Below are positions 49,883-60,755 of a stretch of 64,000 nucleotides of DNA, in pieces. Under the pieces are notes generated by a model that was given only the letters and a program-made list of their open reading frames with translations, made no database searches and was not told the DNA's origin. The first letter of the stretch is position 1. Every line of letters begins with the position of its first letter. Where the stretch lies: assembly GCA_047601445.1 (NCBI GenBank), contig JASGJH010000001.1, forward strand, positions 736,001-800,000, read 5' to 3'. Source of the stretch: Myxococcales bacterium (GTDB lineage Bacteria; Myxococcota_A; Polyangia; Polyangiales; DASUME01). A program made the translations under genes and the position numbers.

Positions 49883-51811
49883 GTGAAGCAAAGCCACAAG
49901 ACCCTTTTGCTGTGGGTCCTGCTGATCCTGATGTTCGTCGCCATCTACAACCTGGTGTCGGACCCGGATCAACCGCAGAGCGTGGCCTTCAGCGATTTCA
50001 TGACCGACGTGCGCAACGGCAAGGTCGAGCAAGTCTCGATTCGCCCACGCGAGAACAGCGCGGAGTACCGCTACGTCGCGGTCACCGACGAGGCGCCCAA
50101 GAAGAAGGTGTCGGTCGGTATCGTCGGGGAGTCGATCAACCAGGAGTTGATCGCCAACAACGTGAAGGTCGAATACACGGCCGACGACCAGAACGGCCTC
50201 TGGACGAGCTTGCTCGTCACGTGGCTGCCGATGGTCTTCCTGCTGGTGATCTTCTTCTTCTTCATGCGACAGCTGCAGGCGTCCGGCGGCAAGGCGATGA
50301 GCTTCGGCAAATCGCGCGCGCGGCTGCTCAACGAGTCGCAGAACAAGGTCACCTTCGCCGATGTCGCGGGGATCGACGAGGCCAAGGACGACTGCGAAGA
50401 GATCATCGCGTTCCTCAAGGACCCCAAGAAGTTCCAGCGCCTCGGCGGCCGCATCCCCAAGGGCGTGCTGCTGATGGGCGCCCCCGGCACCGGTAAGACC
50501 CTGCTGGCGCGCGCTATCGCGGGCGAAGCCGGCGTGCCCTTCTTCAGCATCTCGGGCTCCGACTTCGTGGAAATGTTCGTGGGCGTGGGCGCCTCGCGCG
50601 TCCGCGACCTGTTCGAGCAGGGCAAGAAGCACGCGCCCTGCATCATCTTCATCGACGAGATCGACGCTGTCGGTCGCCACCGCGGCTCGGGCCTCGGCGG
50701 TGGTCACGACGAGCGCGAGCAGACCCTCAACCAGCTTCTTGTCGAGATGGACGGCTTCGAGTCGAGTGAGGGCGTGATCATCATCGCGGCCACCAACCGT
50801 CCCGACGTGCTCGACCCGGCCATCCTGCGCCCCGGTCGCTTCGACCGCCGCATCCACGTGCCGCGTCCGGATCTTCGCGGTCGCGAAGGCATCCTGCGCG
50901 TCCACACCAAGCGCACGCCGCTCTCTCCGGACGTCGACCTCGAGATCATCAGCCGCGGCACGCCCGGCTTCTCGGGTGCCGACCTGGAGAACCTCGTGAA
51001 CGAAGCGGCCTTGTTGGCCGCCCGTCAGGACAAGGACAGCGTGGCCATGGCCGACTTCGAGTTGGCCAAGGACAAGGTGATGATGGGCGCCGAGCGCCGC
51101 TCCATGATCATCAGCGAGCACGAGAAGAAGACCACGGCTTGGCACGAGGCCGGCCACACGCTGGTCGCTCGCAAGCTGCCCAACCACGACCCTGTCCACA
51201 AGGTCTCGATCATCCCGCGCGGTCCGGCCCTCGGCGTGACGATGTCGCTGCCCAAGGAAGACCGTCTCGGGTACTCCCGTGACTGGGCCCTCGACCGCAT
51301 CGCCATGGCTCTCGGCGGCCGCATCGCCGAGGAGCTCAAGTTCGGTCAGCTCACGACGGGTGCGTCCAACGACTTCAAGCAGGCGACGCAGCTTGCCAAG
51401 GCGATGGTCACGGAGTGGGGCATGAGCGACAAGCTGGGGCCCATGGCCTACGGCGAGCGTGAGGACAACCCCATGCTTCCGTTCGGACCCGGCGTGCGTC
51501 ATCAGGATTACTCCGAGATGACGGCCCAGGAGATTGACGCCGAAGTGCGTCGCATCATCACCGAGCAGTACGCGCGGGCCAAGGGCCTCTGCAAGGAGAA
51601 CATGGACAAGCTCGATGCCATCGCCGAAGCGTTGCTCGAGCGCGAGACCTTGGACTCCGAAGAGCTCGATGCCTTGATGGATGGGCGGCCGATGCCGCCG
51701 CGTGAGCGTGTGGTGATCCCGACCTACGCCGACAAGCGCAACGAGGCTCGGGAGAAGCGTAAGGGCAGCATCTTCCAGCCGCGGCCCCGCGAGGTTCCGT
51801 CGGGCGGCTGA
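49883..51811 (+). CDS. ftsH: ATP-dependent zinc metalloprotease FtsH
   Basis: Two [32 protein letters not shown]. Confidence 0.98.
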   Translation: MKQSHKTLLLWVLLILMFVAIYNLVSDPDQPQSVAFSDFMTDVRNGKVEQVSIRPRENSAEYRYVAVTDEAPKKKVSVGIVGESINQELIANNVKVEYTADDQNGLWTSLLVTWLPMVFLLVIFFFFMRQLQASGGKAMSFGKSRARLLNESQNKVTFADVAGIDEAKDDCEEIIAFLKDPKKFQRLGGRIPKGVLLMGAPGTGKTLLARAIAGEAGVPFFSISGSDFVEMFVGVGASRVRDLFEQGKKHAPCIIFIDEIDAVGRHRGSGLGGGHDEREQTLNQLLVEMDGFESSEGVIIIAATNRPDVLDPAILRPGRFDRRIHVPRPDLRGREGILRVHTKRTPLSPDVDLEIISRGTPGFSGADLENLVNEAALLAARQDKDSVAMADFELAKDKVMMGAERRSMIISEHEKKTTAWHEAGHTLVARKLPNHDPVHKVSIIPRGPALGVTMSLPKEDRLGYSRDWALDRIAMALGGRIAEELKFGQLTTGASNDFKQATQLAKAMVTEWGMSDKLGPMAYGEREDNPMLPFGPGVRHQDYSEMTAQEIDAEVRRIITEQYARAKGLCKENMDKLDAIAEALLERETLDSEELDALMDGRPMPPRERVVIPTYADKRNEAREKRKGSIFQPRPREVPSGG

Positions 51812-51827
51812 TTCTCAGGGGGGCGCA

Positions 51828-52778
51828 TTGATTGAAAGGGGGCGGGGCGTACCTGGCGCACTGGAGGCTGAAGGCCACGCGCATCAAGGGTCCGCTCCGT
51901 CTGCTTTCGAGGGCAATGTCCTCAGTTGCGCCATCTGGGGTGTGCTCAACGTCACACCCGACTCTTTCAGCGACGGCGGCTCGTTCTTCGACCCGGCGCC
52001 CGCTCTCTCCCACGCTGAGCGCATGCTCCGCGAGGGGGCGGACGTGATCGACGTCGGGGGCGAGTCCTCGCGGCCTCCAGGCAAGACCTACGGTGCCGGC
52101 TTCGAGCCCGTGGACGCCCAGGAAGAGTTGCGCCGCGTGCTGCCGGTGGTTGAAGCCCTGGTGGCCCGCGGCGTCCGCGTCTCGGTGGATACGGTGAAGC
52201 CCGAGGTGGCCCGGCGTGTGCTCGAGGCTGGGGCTGCCATTATCAACGACGTTTCCGGAGGACGCAGCGAGGCGCTCCTCGAGGCGGTGGGGGCGCGCCG
52301 CGGCGCCGAGCTAGTACTGATGCACACGCGGGGTCGCGGCGAATGCCATGGCGACAACGTGGCCTATGGCGACGTGGCGGCCGAGGTGCGGGACGAACTC
52401 CTCTCGGCGGTGGAACGTGCGCGGCGCTGTGGGGTCCCCTCCGAGTGCATTTGGCTCGACCCCGGCCTGGGCTTCGCCAAGACGGCCCAGCAATCGGCGC
52501 AGCTCGTGAGCCGGATTGACCTGCTTCTGGCCACTCACTTGCGGGTGCTGGTGGGGCCGTCACGAAAGTCGTTCATCGCGGAGCTCGCCAAGGATGCGTC
52601 CGGAGAGCTGCCGCCCCCCGTGCGTCGTCTAGGTGGCACGGCGGCCGCGGTGACCCTCGCCGTGTGGGCGGGGGCCCAGGCCGTACGCGTCCACGACGTA
52701 GCGGAGATGCGCCAGGCGGTGGAGTTGACGCAGGGAATTGCGCGAGCCCGCCCTAAGTCGGCCGGGGTCGCCCGATGA
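51828..52778 (+). CDS. folP: Dihydropteroate synthase
   Basis: GVLNVTPDSFSDGG, IDVGGESSRP, SVDT, INDVSG, LDPGLGFAK, SRKSFI, RVHDV; start uncertain. Confidence 0.94.
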   Translation: MIERGRGVPGALEAEGHAHQGSAPSAFEGNVLSCAIWGVLNVTPDSFSDGGSFFDPAPALSHAERMLREGADVIDVGGESSRPPGKTYGAGFEPVDAQEELRRVLPVVEALVARGVRVSVDTVKPEVARRVLEAGAAIINDVSGGRSEALLEAVGARRGAELVLMHTRGRGECHGDNVAYGDVAAEVRDELLSAVERARRCGVPSECIWLDPGLGFAKTAQQSAQLVSRIDLLLATHLRVLVGPSRKSFIAELAKDASGELPPPVRRLGGTAAAVTLAVWAGAQAVRVHDVAEMRQAVELTQGIARARPKSAGVAR

Positions 52779-53758
52779 TCCATCAGCTCTACATGATCGT
52801 GGCGGACTACTTCGCACACAGCCCCCAGAAGCTGGCCATCGCCATTCTCGACGTGATCGTGGTGGCGGTGCTGGTGTATCGCGTGCTCCTGCTGCTGCGC
52901 GGCACACGGGCGCTGCAGATGGGCGTCGGCTTGGTGCTCGTGTTCTTGGCCTACGAGGCCTCGCGCCGCATCGGCCTGCTCACGCTGTACTCCTTGCTCG
53001 ACGGGCTACTCGCCTCGATGGTGCTCATCATCGTGGTGATCTTCCAGTCCGACATTCGGCGCGCGTTGATGCGGTTCGGTGGGCGCACCTGGTGGGTGCC
53101 TGGATCGAGTGCCAAGGCCACCTCGGCCATCGAAGAGGTGATCAAAGCTGCCACCATGCTGGCCCAGAAGCGCATCGGCGGCCTGATGGTGTTCGAACGC
53201 GATGCCATGCTCGACGAGTTCATCCAGCGCGGTACCCAGCTCGACGCCGTGGCCTCCAAGGAGCTCCTGTACGGCCTGTTCATCCCGAGCTTCGAGAACC
53301 CGCTGCACGACGGCGCCGTGGTCATCCGCGACGGTCGCGTCTGGCAAGCGGGGGCATTCCTGCCCTTGACCAGCAATCCGGATATCGACCGCACCCTTGG
53401 CAGCCGTCACCGTGCGGCCCTCGGCATCAGCGAGGAGACCGATGCCGTGGTGCTGGTGGTCTCGGAGGAGCGCGGCGCCATCAGCCTGGTGTTCAACGGC
53501 AACATGGTGCGCGACGTGGATGCGTCGTCTTTGCGCGATGCCCTGCCCGGGCTGTTGTTCCGGCGTCCACGCCGCAAGAAGAAGAAGAGCGCCGGCGGCG
53601 TCACGTCGCGCCACAGCATGGCCCCCGCGCGCACCTCGGGCTCCTTGGCCTCGGGTTCCCTGCGCGCCTCGGACGTGGGCACGGCGCCCGCTCCGCGTGA
53701 CGACGCAGCCCAGACCAACGCGCCCACCATCCGTTCGGCCGGCGAGAGCGAGCCATGA
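52775..53758 (+). CDS. cdaA: Membrane diadenylate cyclase CdaA/DacA
   Basis: Three TM, IFQSDIRRAL, PLHDGAV, LGSRHRAALGISEETDA, VSEERG. Confidence 0.93.
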   Translation: MIHQLYMIVADYFAHSPQKLAIAILDVIVVAVLVYRVLLLLRGTRALQMGVGLVLVFLAYEASRRIGLLTLYSLLDGLLASMVLIIVVIFQSDIRRALMRFGGRTWWVPGSSAKATSAIEEVIKAATMLAQKRIGGLMVFERDAMLDEFIQRGTQLDAVASKELLYGLFIPSFENPLHDGAVVIRDGRVWQAGAFLPLTSNPDIDRTLGSRHRAALGISEETDAVVLVVSEERGAISLVFNGNMVRDVDASSLRDALPGLLFRRPRRKKKKSAGGVTSRHSMAPARTSGSLASGSLRASDVGTAPAPRDDAAQTNAPTIRSAGESEP

Positions 53759-54696
53759 CGGCGGAAGCCACCCTGCGTCAGCGCATCAAGCGCATGTTCC
53801 AGGAGAACCTCGGCCTCAAGGTATTCTCGTTGGCGGTGTCCATCGGGCTCTTCACCGTGGTGCATGGTGCCGAGTCGGGCCAGCGTTCCTTTCAGGTGCA
53901 GGTGGTGGCCATCCTGCCGCCTGCGTCCAAGGGCAAGGTGCTGGTCAACAAGATCCCCGACAAGGTGAGCGTGAAGCTCAGCGGCAGCCAGTCGGTGATC
54001 AACTCCATTCGCTCGCTCGAGTCTGTGCAGATCGATCTCACGGGCGCCCACGAGTACTACTATTTCGAGCCCTCCCTGTTCGGTCTCCCTGCGGGCCTCG
54101 ATGTCCAGGTGACGCCGCCGAGCTTGACCCTCGACTGGGAGGCGCGGCTGGAGCGCAAGTTGCCCGTGCGCGTGCAGCTTGCGGGACTGGCCAACCCGAA
54201 CCTCGAGCTGGTGAGTAAGCCAGTGGTGACCCCTGCGCGGATCTCGGTGTCGGGTCCGCGCTCGAGCGTCGAGCAGCTCAAGGACCTGGTCACCGAGCCG
54301 GTCTCGCTGTCCGACCTCGGGCCTGGTACCCATCGTCGCCACGTGCCGCTGCTGCCGCTACCGGAGAATATCGCGGTCACCGAGGGCAACGAGATCAACG
54401 TCGAGATCACCATCGACACCAAGAAGGAGCAGCGCAGGCTGCGTCACCTCGAGGTGGCCGCTCTCGGCGTGAACAATGAGATCGTCATGCGGCCGGCGTT
54501 CGTGGACGTCGTGGTGGCGGCGCCGCAGGGCGTGCTCGACGAGCTCAATCCCGAGCACCTGGTGCCGGTAGTGGACCTGGCGGGCGTGAACCTCGGCGGA
54601 GGCGCGGTGAGCGTGCCCGTGGCCGTGCGGGGACTCGCGGAGGGCGCGCGCGTGGTGCGCACCGAGCCCGCCGACGTGCTCGTCCGCAGCAAGTAG
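53755..54696 (+). CDS. cdaR: YbbR-domain protein CdaR
   Basis: ENLGLKVFSLAVSIGLF anchor, repeated P..V.V.GP beta-rich units; ATGA overlap with cdaA. Confidence 0.85.
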   Translation: MTAEATLRQRIKRMFQENLGLKVFSLAVSIGLFTVVHGAESGQRSFQVQVVAILPPASKGKVLVNKIPDKVSVKLSGSQSVINSIRSLESVQIDLTGAHEYYYFEPSLFGLPAGLDVQVTPPSLTLDWEARLERKLPVRVQLAGLANPNLELVSKPVVTPARISVSGPRSSVEQLKDLVTEPVSLSDLGPGTHRRHVPLLPLPENIAVTEGNEINVEITIDTKKEQRRLRHLEVAALGVNNEIVMRPAFVDVVVAAPQGVLDELNPEHLVPVVDLAGVNLGGGAVSVPVAVRGLAEGARVVRTEPADVLVRSK

Positions 54697-54723
54697 ACCC
54701 GGAACCCGTGGAGGGCCTGCCTG

Positions 54724-56082
54724 CTAGCCGATGTCGCGCTTGGCTTCTTCGGCGATTTGGTCGGCCATGCGCTTGATGGTGCTCGAGTTCGGTCCCTCGA
54801 TCATCACGCGTAGCTTGGGCTCCGTGCCGCTCCAGCGCACCAGCACGCGGCCGTCGGCCCCCAGGCGGCGCTCCGCGTCGCGGATGGCCTTTTGGGTGTG
54901 GGGCATGTCTTCCAGGGGCTTGCGCGCACTGAACTTGGCGTTGATGAGCACCTGGGGCACCCGTTCGATGGCTTTGTCGGTGAGGTCGCCGATGCCGCGC
55001 TGCTCGCGGGTCGCCACGGCCAGCACCTGCAGCGCGGCCACCAGGCCGTCGCCCGTGGTGGCGTGGTCCAAAAACACAAGATGTCCGCTCTGTTCGCCGC
55101 CAAAGCTCAAGCCGTTCTTGCGCATGGCGTCGACCACGTAGCGGTCACCCACGGCGCAGCGCACGAGCTTGCCCTTCTCGGCGGCCAAGGCCCGCTCGAG
55201 GCCCAGGTTACTCATCACCGTGGCCGCCAGGGTGCGCTTCTTGAGCTTGCCCATGCGCAGCATCCGGGTCGCGCACAGGGCCATCAGGGCGTCGCCGTCG
55301 ACCACTTGGCCGCGCTCGTCGATGAGGATCAGGCGGTCAGCGTCGCCGTCGAGGCACACGCCGAGGTGGGCCTTCTTGCGCAGCACTTCCTTGGCGCAGG
55401 TCTCGGGGTGCGTGGCACCGACCTGACGGTTGATGTTGTAGCCGTCGGGGCGCACGCCGATGGCGATGACCTCGGCGCCCAGTTCGTGGAACACGCTAGG
55501 CGCCACGCGGTAGGCCGCGCCGTGGGCCGCGTCCACCACGATGCGTAGGCCCTCGAGCGTGAGGTCCTGCGGGAAGGTTTGCTTCACGAAGGCCACGTAG
55601 CGACCCGGGGCGTCGTCGAGGCGCTCCGCGCGCCCCACGTTCTTGCCGCGCGGGCGGTTGCGATCGATGGCGTCCGTCTCGATAAGCTTCTCGATCTCGT
55701 GCTCGACCTCGTCGGGCAACTTGAAGCCGTCGGCGGCGAAGATCTTGATGCCGTTGTCCTCGAAGGGGTTGTGCGACGCGCTGATCACCACACCCGCGTC
55801 GGCGCGCATGCTGGTGGTGAGGTGAGCGATGGCCGGCGTGGGCAGCGGGCCCGACAACATGACGCGACCGCCCAGCGCGCACACGCCCGAGGCCAATGCC
55901 GTCTCCAGCAGGTAGCCCGATACGCGCGTGTCCTTGCCGATCACCACGCGGGGCGGGTGCTTCACGCGGCGACGCGCCTGATAGGTGATGGCGGCCCCGA
56001 TGCGAAAGGCGATTTCGGGGGTCATGCTGCCCTGGTTGGCTGGGCCGCGAATACCGTCGGTACCGAAAAGCTTACGTGACAT
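54724..56082 (-). CDS. glmM: Phosphoglucosamine mutase
   Basis: LFGTDGIRG, GKDTRVSGY, ISASHNP, DGDADR, GGEQSGH, RWSGTEP. Confidence 0.96.
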   Translation of the reverse strand: MSRKLFGTDGIRGPANQGSMTPEIAFRIGAAITYQARRRVKHPPRVVIGKDTRVSGYLLETALASGVCALGGRVMLSGPLPTPAIAHLTTSMRADAGVVISASHNPFEDNGIKIFAADGFKLPDEVEHEIEKLIETDAIDRNRPRGKNVGRAERLDDAPGRYVAFVKQTFPQDLTLEGLRIVVDAAHGAAYRVAPSVFHELGAEVIAIGVRPDGYNINRQVGATHPETCAKEVLRKKAHLGVCLDGDADRLILIDERGQVVDGDALMALCATRMLRMGKLKKRTLAATVMSNLGLERALAAEKGKLVRCAVGDRYVVDAMRKNGLSFGGEQSGHLVFLDHATTGDGLVAALQVLAVATREQRGIGDLTDKAIERVPQVLINAKFSARKPLEDMPHTQKAIRDAERRLGADGRVLVRWSGTEPKLRVMIEGPNSSTIKRMADQIAEEAKRDIG

Positions 56083-56141
56083 GCGGAAGGCTTTTGTTAC
56101 CACATCGGCCCTCTGCCTTCAGCATAACGGGAGGGCCTTTT

Positions 56142-59100
56142 TCAGGGCTCCCAGGCCACATCCAGGCGCCAATTCTGCACGGGGCGGTACTCTACAGTGC
56201 CCACCATGTCGGCAGGAAAGCGTAGCTCGAGCAGGCCACCGCTGCGGCTCTGTGGGGGAATCGGGTTGTTGCTGACCGTGTCGGTGTTCGTGGTGCCGCT
56301 CGCGCCCGGCGTGACGAAGCCCTCCACGTAGGCTCCGCGCACCACGTGGCGCAGCGGACCCAGACGTTTCTCGATCAGCTGGTCGAGCTGAACGCCGGCG
56401 CGGATGCGGGTGGTCCGCATGGACTGGTTGCTGCGTTGCTCGATGGAGAGCACCGGGATCGCCCCGCCGAACTCCTTGCGTACCTCCTCCGTGAGCAAGC
56501 CCGCAGTGGCGCCTGCCAGGATGCCCGCCGCCGCGCCCGTGGCGTCCTGGTTCTGACGGGCTACGTCGTCGCTGCGCGCGCCCAGCAGTTGAGCGATGAT
56601 TTCGCCGGTATCGGTGATGCTCGGGTCGCTGTGGGTGAACGATACCTTCGGGTCACTCAGGCGCCCGTCCACACGCACACCGATTTCGTCTCCACCCACC
56701 TTGTGCACCGCGTACAGGTTGACCAGGGGATCGAGCTGGTCGCTGCCGTCGAACGCCATACGGCTCTCGCGCAGCTCGAAGCGCTTGCCGTAGAGCTCGA
56801 TGTCGCCGCGCTTCAGCTCCGCGTTGCCCTCGATGGTGAGCGCGGGATTCCGATATCTCACCAGGAGGTCGGCCATGACCTCCGCGTTCAAGCCTGTGCG
56901 CATCACGCGGAACGGCGGCTTCTGCGACAGGAATCGCAGCTCGAACACATACGGGTTCTCCCCGGGCGGCTCGGGTGCTTCGCCCACCACGAATACGTTC
57001 GGGTGCGGATCCAGATCTTGCAGGCTGCTGGCCAGGTCGTTGGGCAAATTGACGCGTAGCTCGAGCACTTGCAGTTCGCTTCGTGTGCGCTGGGGGTCGA
57101 TCTCCGCCCGCAGGCGCAGCCGGCCCGACAGCGATGACACCAACGCGCCTTCCTGACGCACGGGGAAGTCCGCCAGCTTGAGGATCAAGTCGGTGCGCAC
57201 GCTGGTCGCCTTGTCGAACACCACGTTGCCGACCGTCTTGAGCGTGCCCTTGAAGTCATGGCCTTCGAAGTCCTCGATGCGCAGCCAGTTGCCCTTGAGG
57301 GTGAGCTTGGCCGTGACGTCGTCGAACTCCTGGCCAAGTGCGGTGACTCCGATGCGGCCGCGCGTGAGGTTCAAGCGTCCGTCGAAGGTCAACACGTCGT
57401 GCGCCACCTGGTACTGGACCCGTGTGGCGCCGTCGAGGGTTCCACTCACGCGTGCGTCGATGGGGAACGCCACCAGCACCGGGGCCAGCTCGAAGCGCGT
57501 GAACTTCATGTTGGCCTGGATGGGATCGATGTTCGCGGGCGTGGGGTCGGAGAACGTGGCCTGCGGCATGGACCCCGAAATGTCCGCGCGTGATCCGTTG
57601 CCTTGATCGATGGAGATGGAATAGCCGACGCGGTGATTCTCGAGGCCGCCCTTGATGCGCACCGAGAACGGGCGTCCGATGGCCCGCGCGTCGCGCAGGT
57701 TGCCGAAGTGTTGGCCCTGGCTTGCGTTAGGCACGAGTTGGAGCGCCGCCGATTCCGCCACGAAGCTCAGGTCCGGGGGATCTGCGAACAAGTCCTTGCC
57801 TTCGAGGTCCACCTTGAGTGGGCCCGCGACGTACTCGCACAGAACCGGCAATTCCTCGGCCGTGTCCGTGGTGGCGTGGAGCGTGAGATCCATGCGCGGC
57901 GGCGTGAACGGGACGCTGCCGGTGAGCCAGCCCGTGAGCGGCGTGTCCGCCAGCAGCGTACCGTTGGCCATCTTCTCCCGATCGAGGGAGATGCTGAGCG
58001 TCCCGGTGGTGCCCTTGTCGTGGGCGTTGGCGCTGAGTGACAGATCGGGACGGCGCACGATGGAGCAGGCTCCGATGCCCGCCTCGCCGTTGGGCCACGT
58101 GGCGTGCACCTTCAGCTCGCCGTGGGGGCCTTGCGGACCTTGCGCGAGGCTGGCGCTGCCGCCTGCCAGCAAGGGAACGTCGAGCGCCAGCGCACCGGGC
58201 AGTTCGTCGAGGCGCCGCTCGCTGACGCTCAGGGTCAGCTCGAAGGGGCGCGTGCCCAGGCTCGCACGTACCGCGTTCATGTCGGCGAGCTCGAGTGGCG
58301 TGGCGCTGAGCTTGGCGGTGAGCTTGGCGACGGGACCGCGGTCGTCGGCCAGCGCGAGCTCGCGCAAGTTCAGCTGCTTGCCGTCGTGCTCCACGTCGAG
58401 GTCGATCTGCACCGGGGGCCAGTCGCGATACACGAAGCCACGCACCTGGCTCTTCACGTCGATGATGGGGTCCTTGAATGTGCCGGCGCCGCGTACGGTG
58501 GCGCTGATGGTGCCCGGAGGGGGCTCGAGGCCGATCCATTCGAGCCAGGGCTTGCTCACGCTGAAGGGCACGTTCTCGAAGTCCATGCCGAATTGGTAGT
58601 TGCCGCTCAGGACCTGCTGACTGAAGCCGTGGCCCGGCCCGGGCGCGCCACCCGCATAGATGCTGATGCGGCTCCCGTCGGGCAATCCGAGCTCGCTGTC
58701 GATGTCGAAGCGATCTTCGACGAACACCATCGAGAGCAGCAGATTCAGGTTGGTCATGCCCAGGAAGACGCCGTTGCGCACCGAGCCCTGGGCATCGATG
58801 CGGGGCTGGTGCGGCACCCCCGAGAGCGTCAGGGTGCCGTCGAGGGTTCCGTCGAGGTCGGCCAAGTCAAGGCCCGAGAGCTCGCGCAGACCGCCGAGAT
58901 CGAAGCTCTGGATGGTGCCCTCCACGCGATAGGCCCGCGAGTACGAGTAGCGGCCCTTGAGATCCAGGCGTTGCGCACCGTTGGCCAAGAACACCTTGTG
59001 AAACTCGATGCCATCCGGCTGCAGCAGAAGGTCTGCCTGGGCGCGCCAGGGTTCGCGGTCGCCGACGCTGAGCTCGAAGGGGAAGGCCAGCACGTGGAAG

Positions 59101-60755
59101 TTCTCGCCCTGCTGCTCGAGCTGCACGTGGCCCGTGAGCGCGCGGCCGGTCGCGTCTTTGAAGGAGAAGTCCGAGCCGTAGCGTCCGTGATCGCCATGCA
59201 CCGCGAAGCTAAAGGTGTCGGCGGCGTAGCCCTCGAACGCGAGCCCTGCGGCGTGACCCTTGAGCTTCACCCGCGGCCTGAGGAAGTCCTGATCGACCCG
59301 GATCGCACCCTGGATTTGCAGCGCCTTGAAGGCGGCACCTTGATACGAGAATTTCTCGAGCCCCAGGTCGCCGTCGAAAGAGAACGTGTCGCCTCGCTTC
59401 TGCACCAACGCGTCCGTGCGCAGGCCCACTCGCACGCCCGTGCTGCGCAGGGTGGGGTCGCGGCTCACGTCGGGCACCACCGAGCGGATGTGCAGGCTGC
59501 CGTCGGCGTTCTCATCGACCCAGCCGTTGGCCGAGAAGCGCCCGCCTGCGTAGAAGGCGAGCACGTGGTCGATGTCGAAGCGACCGTGGGCGTAGCGGCC
59601 CACCAGCTCCGTGTCCTGGATGGCGACGCCGAGCACATCGAGCAGGGGCGCGCGAGCGTTGATGGTGACGGGGCCGTCCTTGGGCGCCGTGGAGTCCACG
59701 CTGACCTGGACCTTCACCGGCGGGAAGTAAGCGAGCAGGCGATTGAGCTCGAGGCCCTGGGTTTCCACGTGAACCCGCAAGTCACCGGCGTCGGGCATGT
59801 CTCCGCGCACCACCAGCGGACCTGCGTCGGTGCGGAGGGCCGCGCCGAAGGTGAGATGATCGAGCGGACCGTCGAGTCGCACGGCGCCTTCGAACGGGCT
59901 GATCAACGAGCTCGCGATGCTGATGTCGAAGGCGCGCAGCAAATCGGACGAGGCGGGCTCGGTGACCGCCAGGAGCGCCAGGTGATCGGGACCGTGCGCA
60001 GGCGCGCTGTAGCTGAGCGTGACGCGCAGCTTGTCCTGGTTGACGTTGAGGCGGGCCAGCGTGCGGATGCGTAAGGGCTCGGTGAGCACCTGGGTGGTGG
60101 CCTGCGCGAGCTCGAAGGGCAGCGCGAAGGGCGCCACCAGCGTGCCCGTGACCTTGGTGACATCGGCCTCGAAGATGCCTTTGACGCGGATGTGTCCCTT
60201 GACCTCGAGGTTCTCGGCGCGCAGACCCGAGAGCCCCGGCACGTCGCCGTAGAGCTGGCCGCGCTCGATGTGGATGTTCTCGAAGAACACCTGGAAGGTC
60301 GAGGGTTCGGCATCGGGAGGCGTGGGCTCGTTGGCACCCTTGGGCATCAAGGCGTCGAACAGCGTGATGGCAGCGCCCTCGGGCGAGGCGTAGGAGCGAA
60401 TGCGTGCGCCCACCATGTGTCCGCGCGTGAAGCGCAGGCGGTTTTGCGCGAGCTCGTACAGGTTCATGTCGAGCTCGAGGCGCTCCGCGTGCAGCACCGG
60501 ACGCTTCTGGGGGTCGAGCACGGTGACGCCCACCGCGACGATGCCGCCGAGATCCAGGGCGTCCACGCGGTCGATGTGCACCTCACCCTGCAGCAGGTTC
60601 GCCAGCTGCGTCTCCAGCGTGCGGCGCGCGAAGCCCCGTACGTCAGGTCCGAAGCGATCCCACATGAACGCCACGACACCCGCCACGAGCGCGAGCGCGC
60701 CCGCGACCCACAGGAGTCGTGTGCGCCAGCGCGATCGCGTGGGTTCGGTGCTCAA
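56142..60755 (-). CDS. tamB: Translocation and assembly module TamB-like protein
   Basis: N-terminal TM anchor, long beta-rich body, C-terminal YGKRF...F.G...DP.VNL.A...V.G....PKV.F (DUF490-like); coupled to Omp85 gene. Confidence 0.82.
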   Translation of the reverse strand: MSTEPTRSRWRTRLLWVAGALALVAGVVAFMWDRFGPDVRGFARRTLETQLANLLQGEVHIDRVDALDLGGIVAVGVTVLDPQKRPVLHAERLELDMNLYELAQNRLRFTRGHMVGARIRSYASPEGAAITLFDALMPKGANEPTPPDAEPSTFQVFFENIHIERGQLYGDVPGLSGLRAENLEVKGHIRVKGIFEADVTKVTGTLVAPFALPFELAQATTQVLTEPLRIRTLARLNVNQDKLRVTLSYSAPAHGPDHLALLAVTEPASSDLLRAFDISIASSLISPFEGAVRLDGPLDHLTFGAALRTDAGPLVVRGDMPDAGDLRVHVETQGLELNRLLAYFPPVKVQVSVDSTAPKDGPVTINARAPLLDVLGVAIQDTELVGRYAHGRFDIDHVLAFYAGGRFSANGWVDENADGSLHIRSVVPDVSRDPTLRSTGVRVGLRTDALVQKRGDTFSFDGDLGLEKFSYQGAAFKALQIQGAIRVDQDFLRPRVKLKGHAAGLAFEGYAADTFSFAVHGDHGRYGSDFSFKDATGRALTGHVQLEQQGENFHVLAFPFELSVGDREPWRAQADLLLQPDGIEFHKVFLANGAQRLDLKGRYSYSRAYRVEGTIQSFDLGGLRELSGLDLADLDGTLDGTLTLSGVPHQPRIDAQGSVRNGVFLGMTNLNLLLSMVFVEDRFDIDSELGLPDGSRISIYAGGAPGPGHGFSQQVLSGNYQFGMDFENVPFSVSKPWLEWIGLEPPPGTISATVRGAGTFKDPIIDVKSQVRGFVYRDWPPVQIDLDVEHDGKQLNLRELALADDRGPVAKLTAKLSATPLELADMNAVRASLGTRPFELTLSVSERRLDELPGALALDVPLLAGGSASLAQGPQGPHGELKVHATWPNGEAGIGACSIVRRPDLSLSANAHDKGTTGTLSISLDREKMANGTLLADTPLTGWLTGSVPFTPPRMDLTLHATTDTAEELPVLCEYVAGPLKVDLEGKDLFADPPDLSFVAESAALQLVPNASQGQHFGNLRDARAIGRPFSVRIKGGLENHRVGYSISIDQGNGSRADISGSMPQATFSDPTPANIDPIQANMKFTRFELAPVLVAFPIDARVSGTLDGATRVQYQVAHDVLTFDGRLNLTRGRIGVTALGQEFDDVTAKLTLKGNWLRIEDFEGHDFKGTLKTVGNVVFDKATSVRTDLILKLADFPVRQEGALVSSLSGRLRLRAEIDPQRTRSELQVLELRVNLPNDLASSLQDLDPHPNVFVVGEAPEPPGENPYVFELRFLSQKPPFRVMRTGLNAEVMADLLVRYRNPALTIEGNAELKRGDIELYGKRFELRESRMAFDGSDQLDPLVNLYAVHKVGGDEIGVRVDGRLSDPKVSFTHSDPSITDTGEIIAQLLGARSDDVARQNQDATGAAAGILAGATAGLLTEEVRKEFGGAIPVLSIEQRSNQSMRTTRIRAGVQLDQLIEKRLGPLRHVVRGAYVEGFVTPGASGTTNTDTVSNNPIPPQSRSGGLLELRFPADMVGTVEYRPVQNWRLDVAWEP

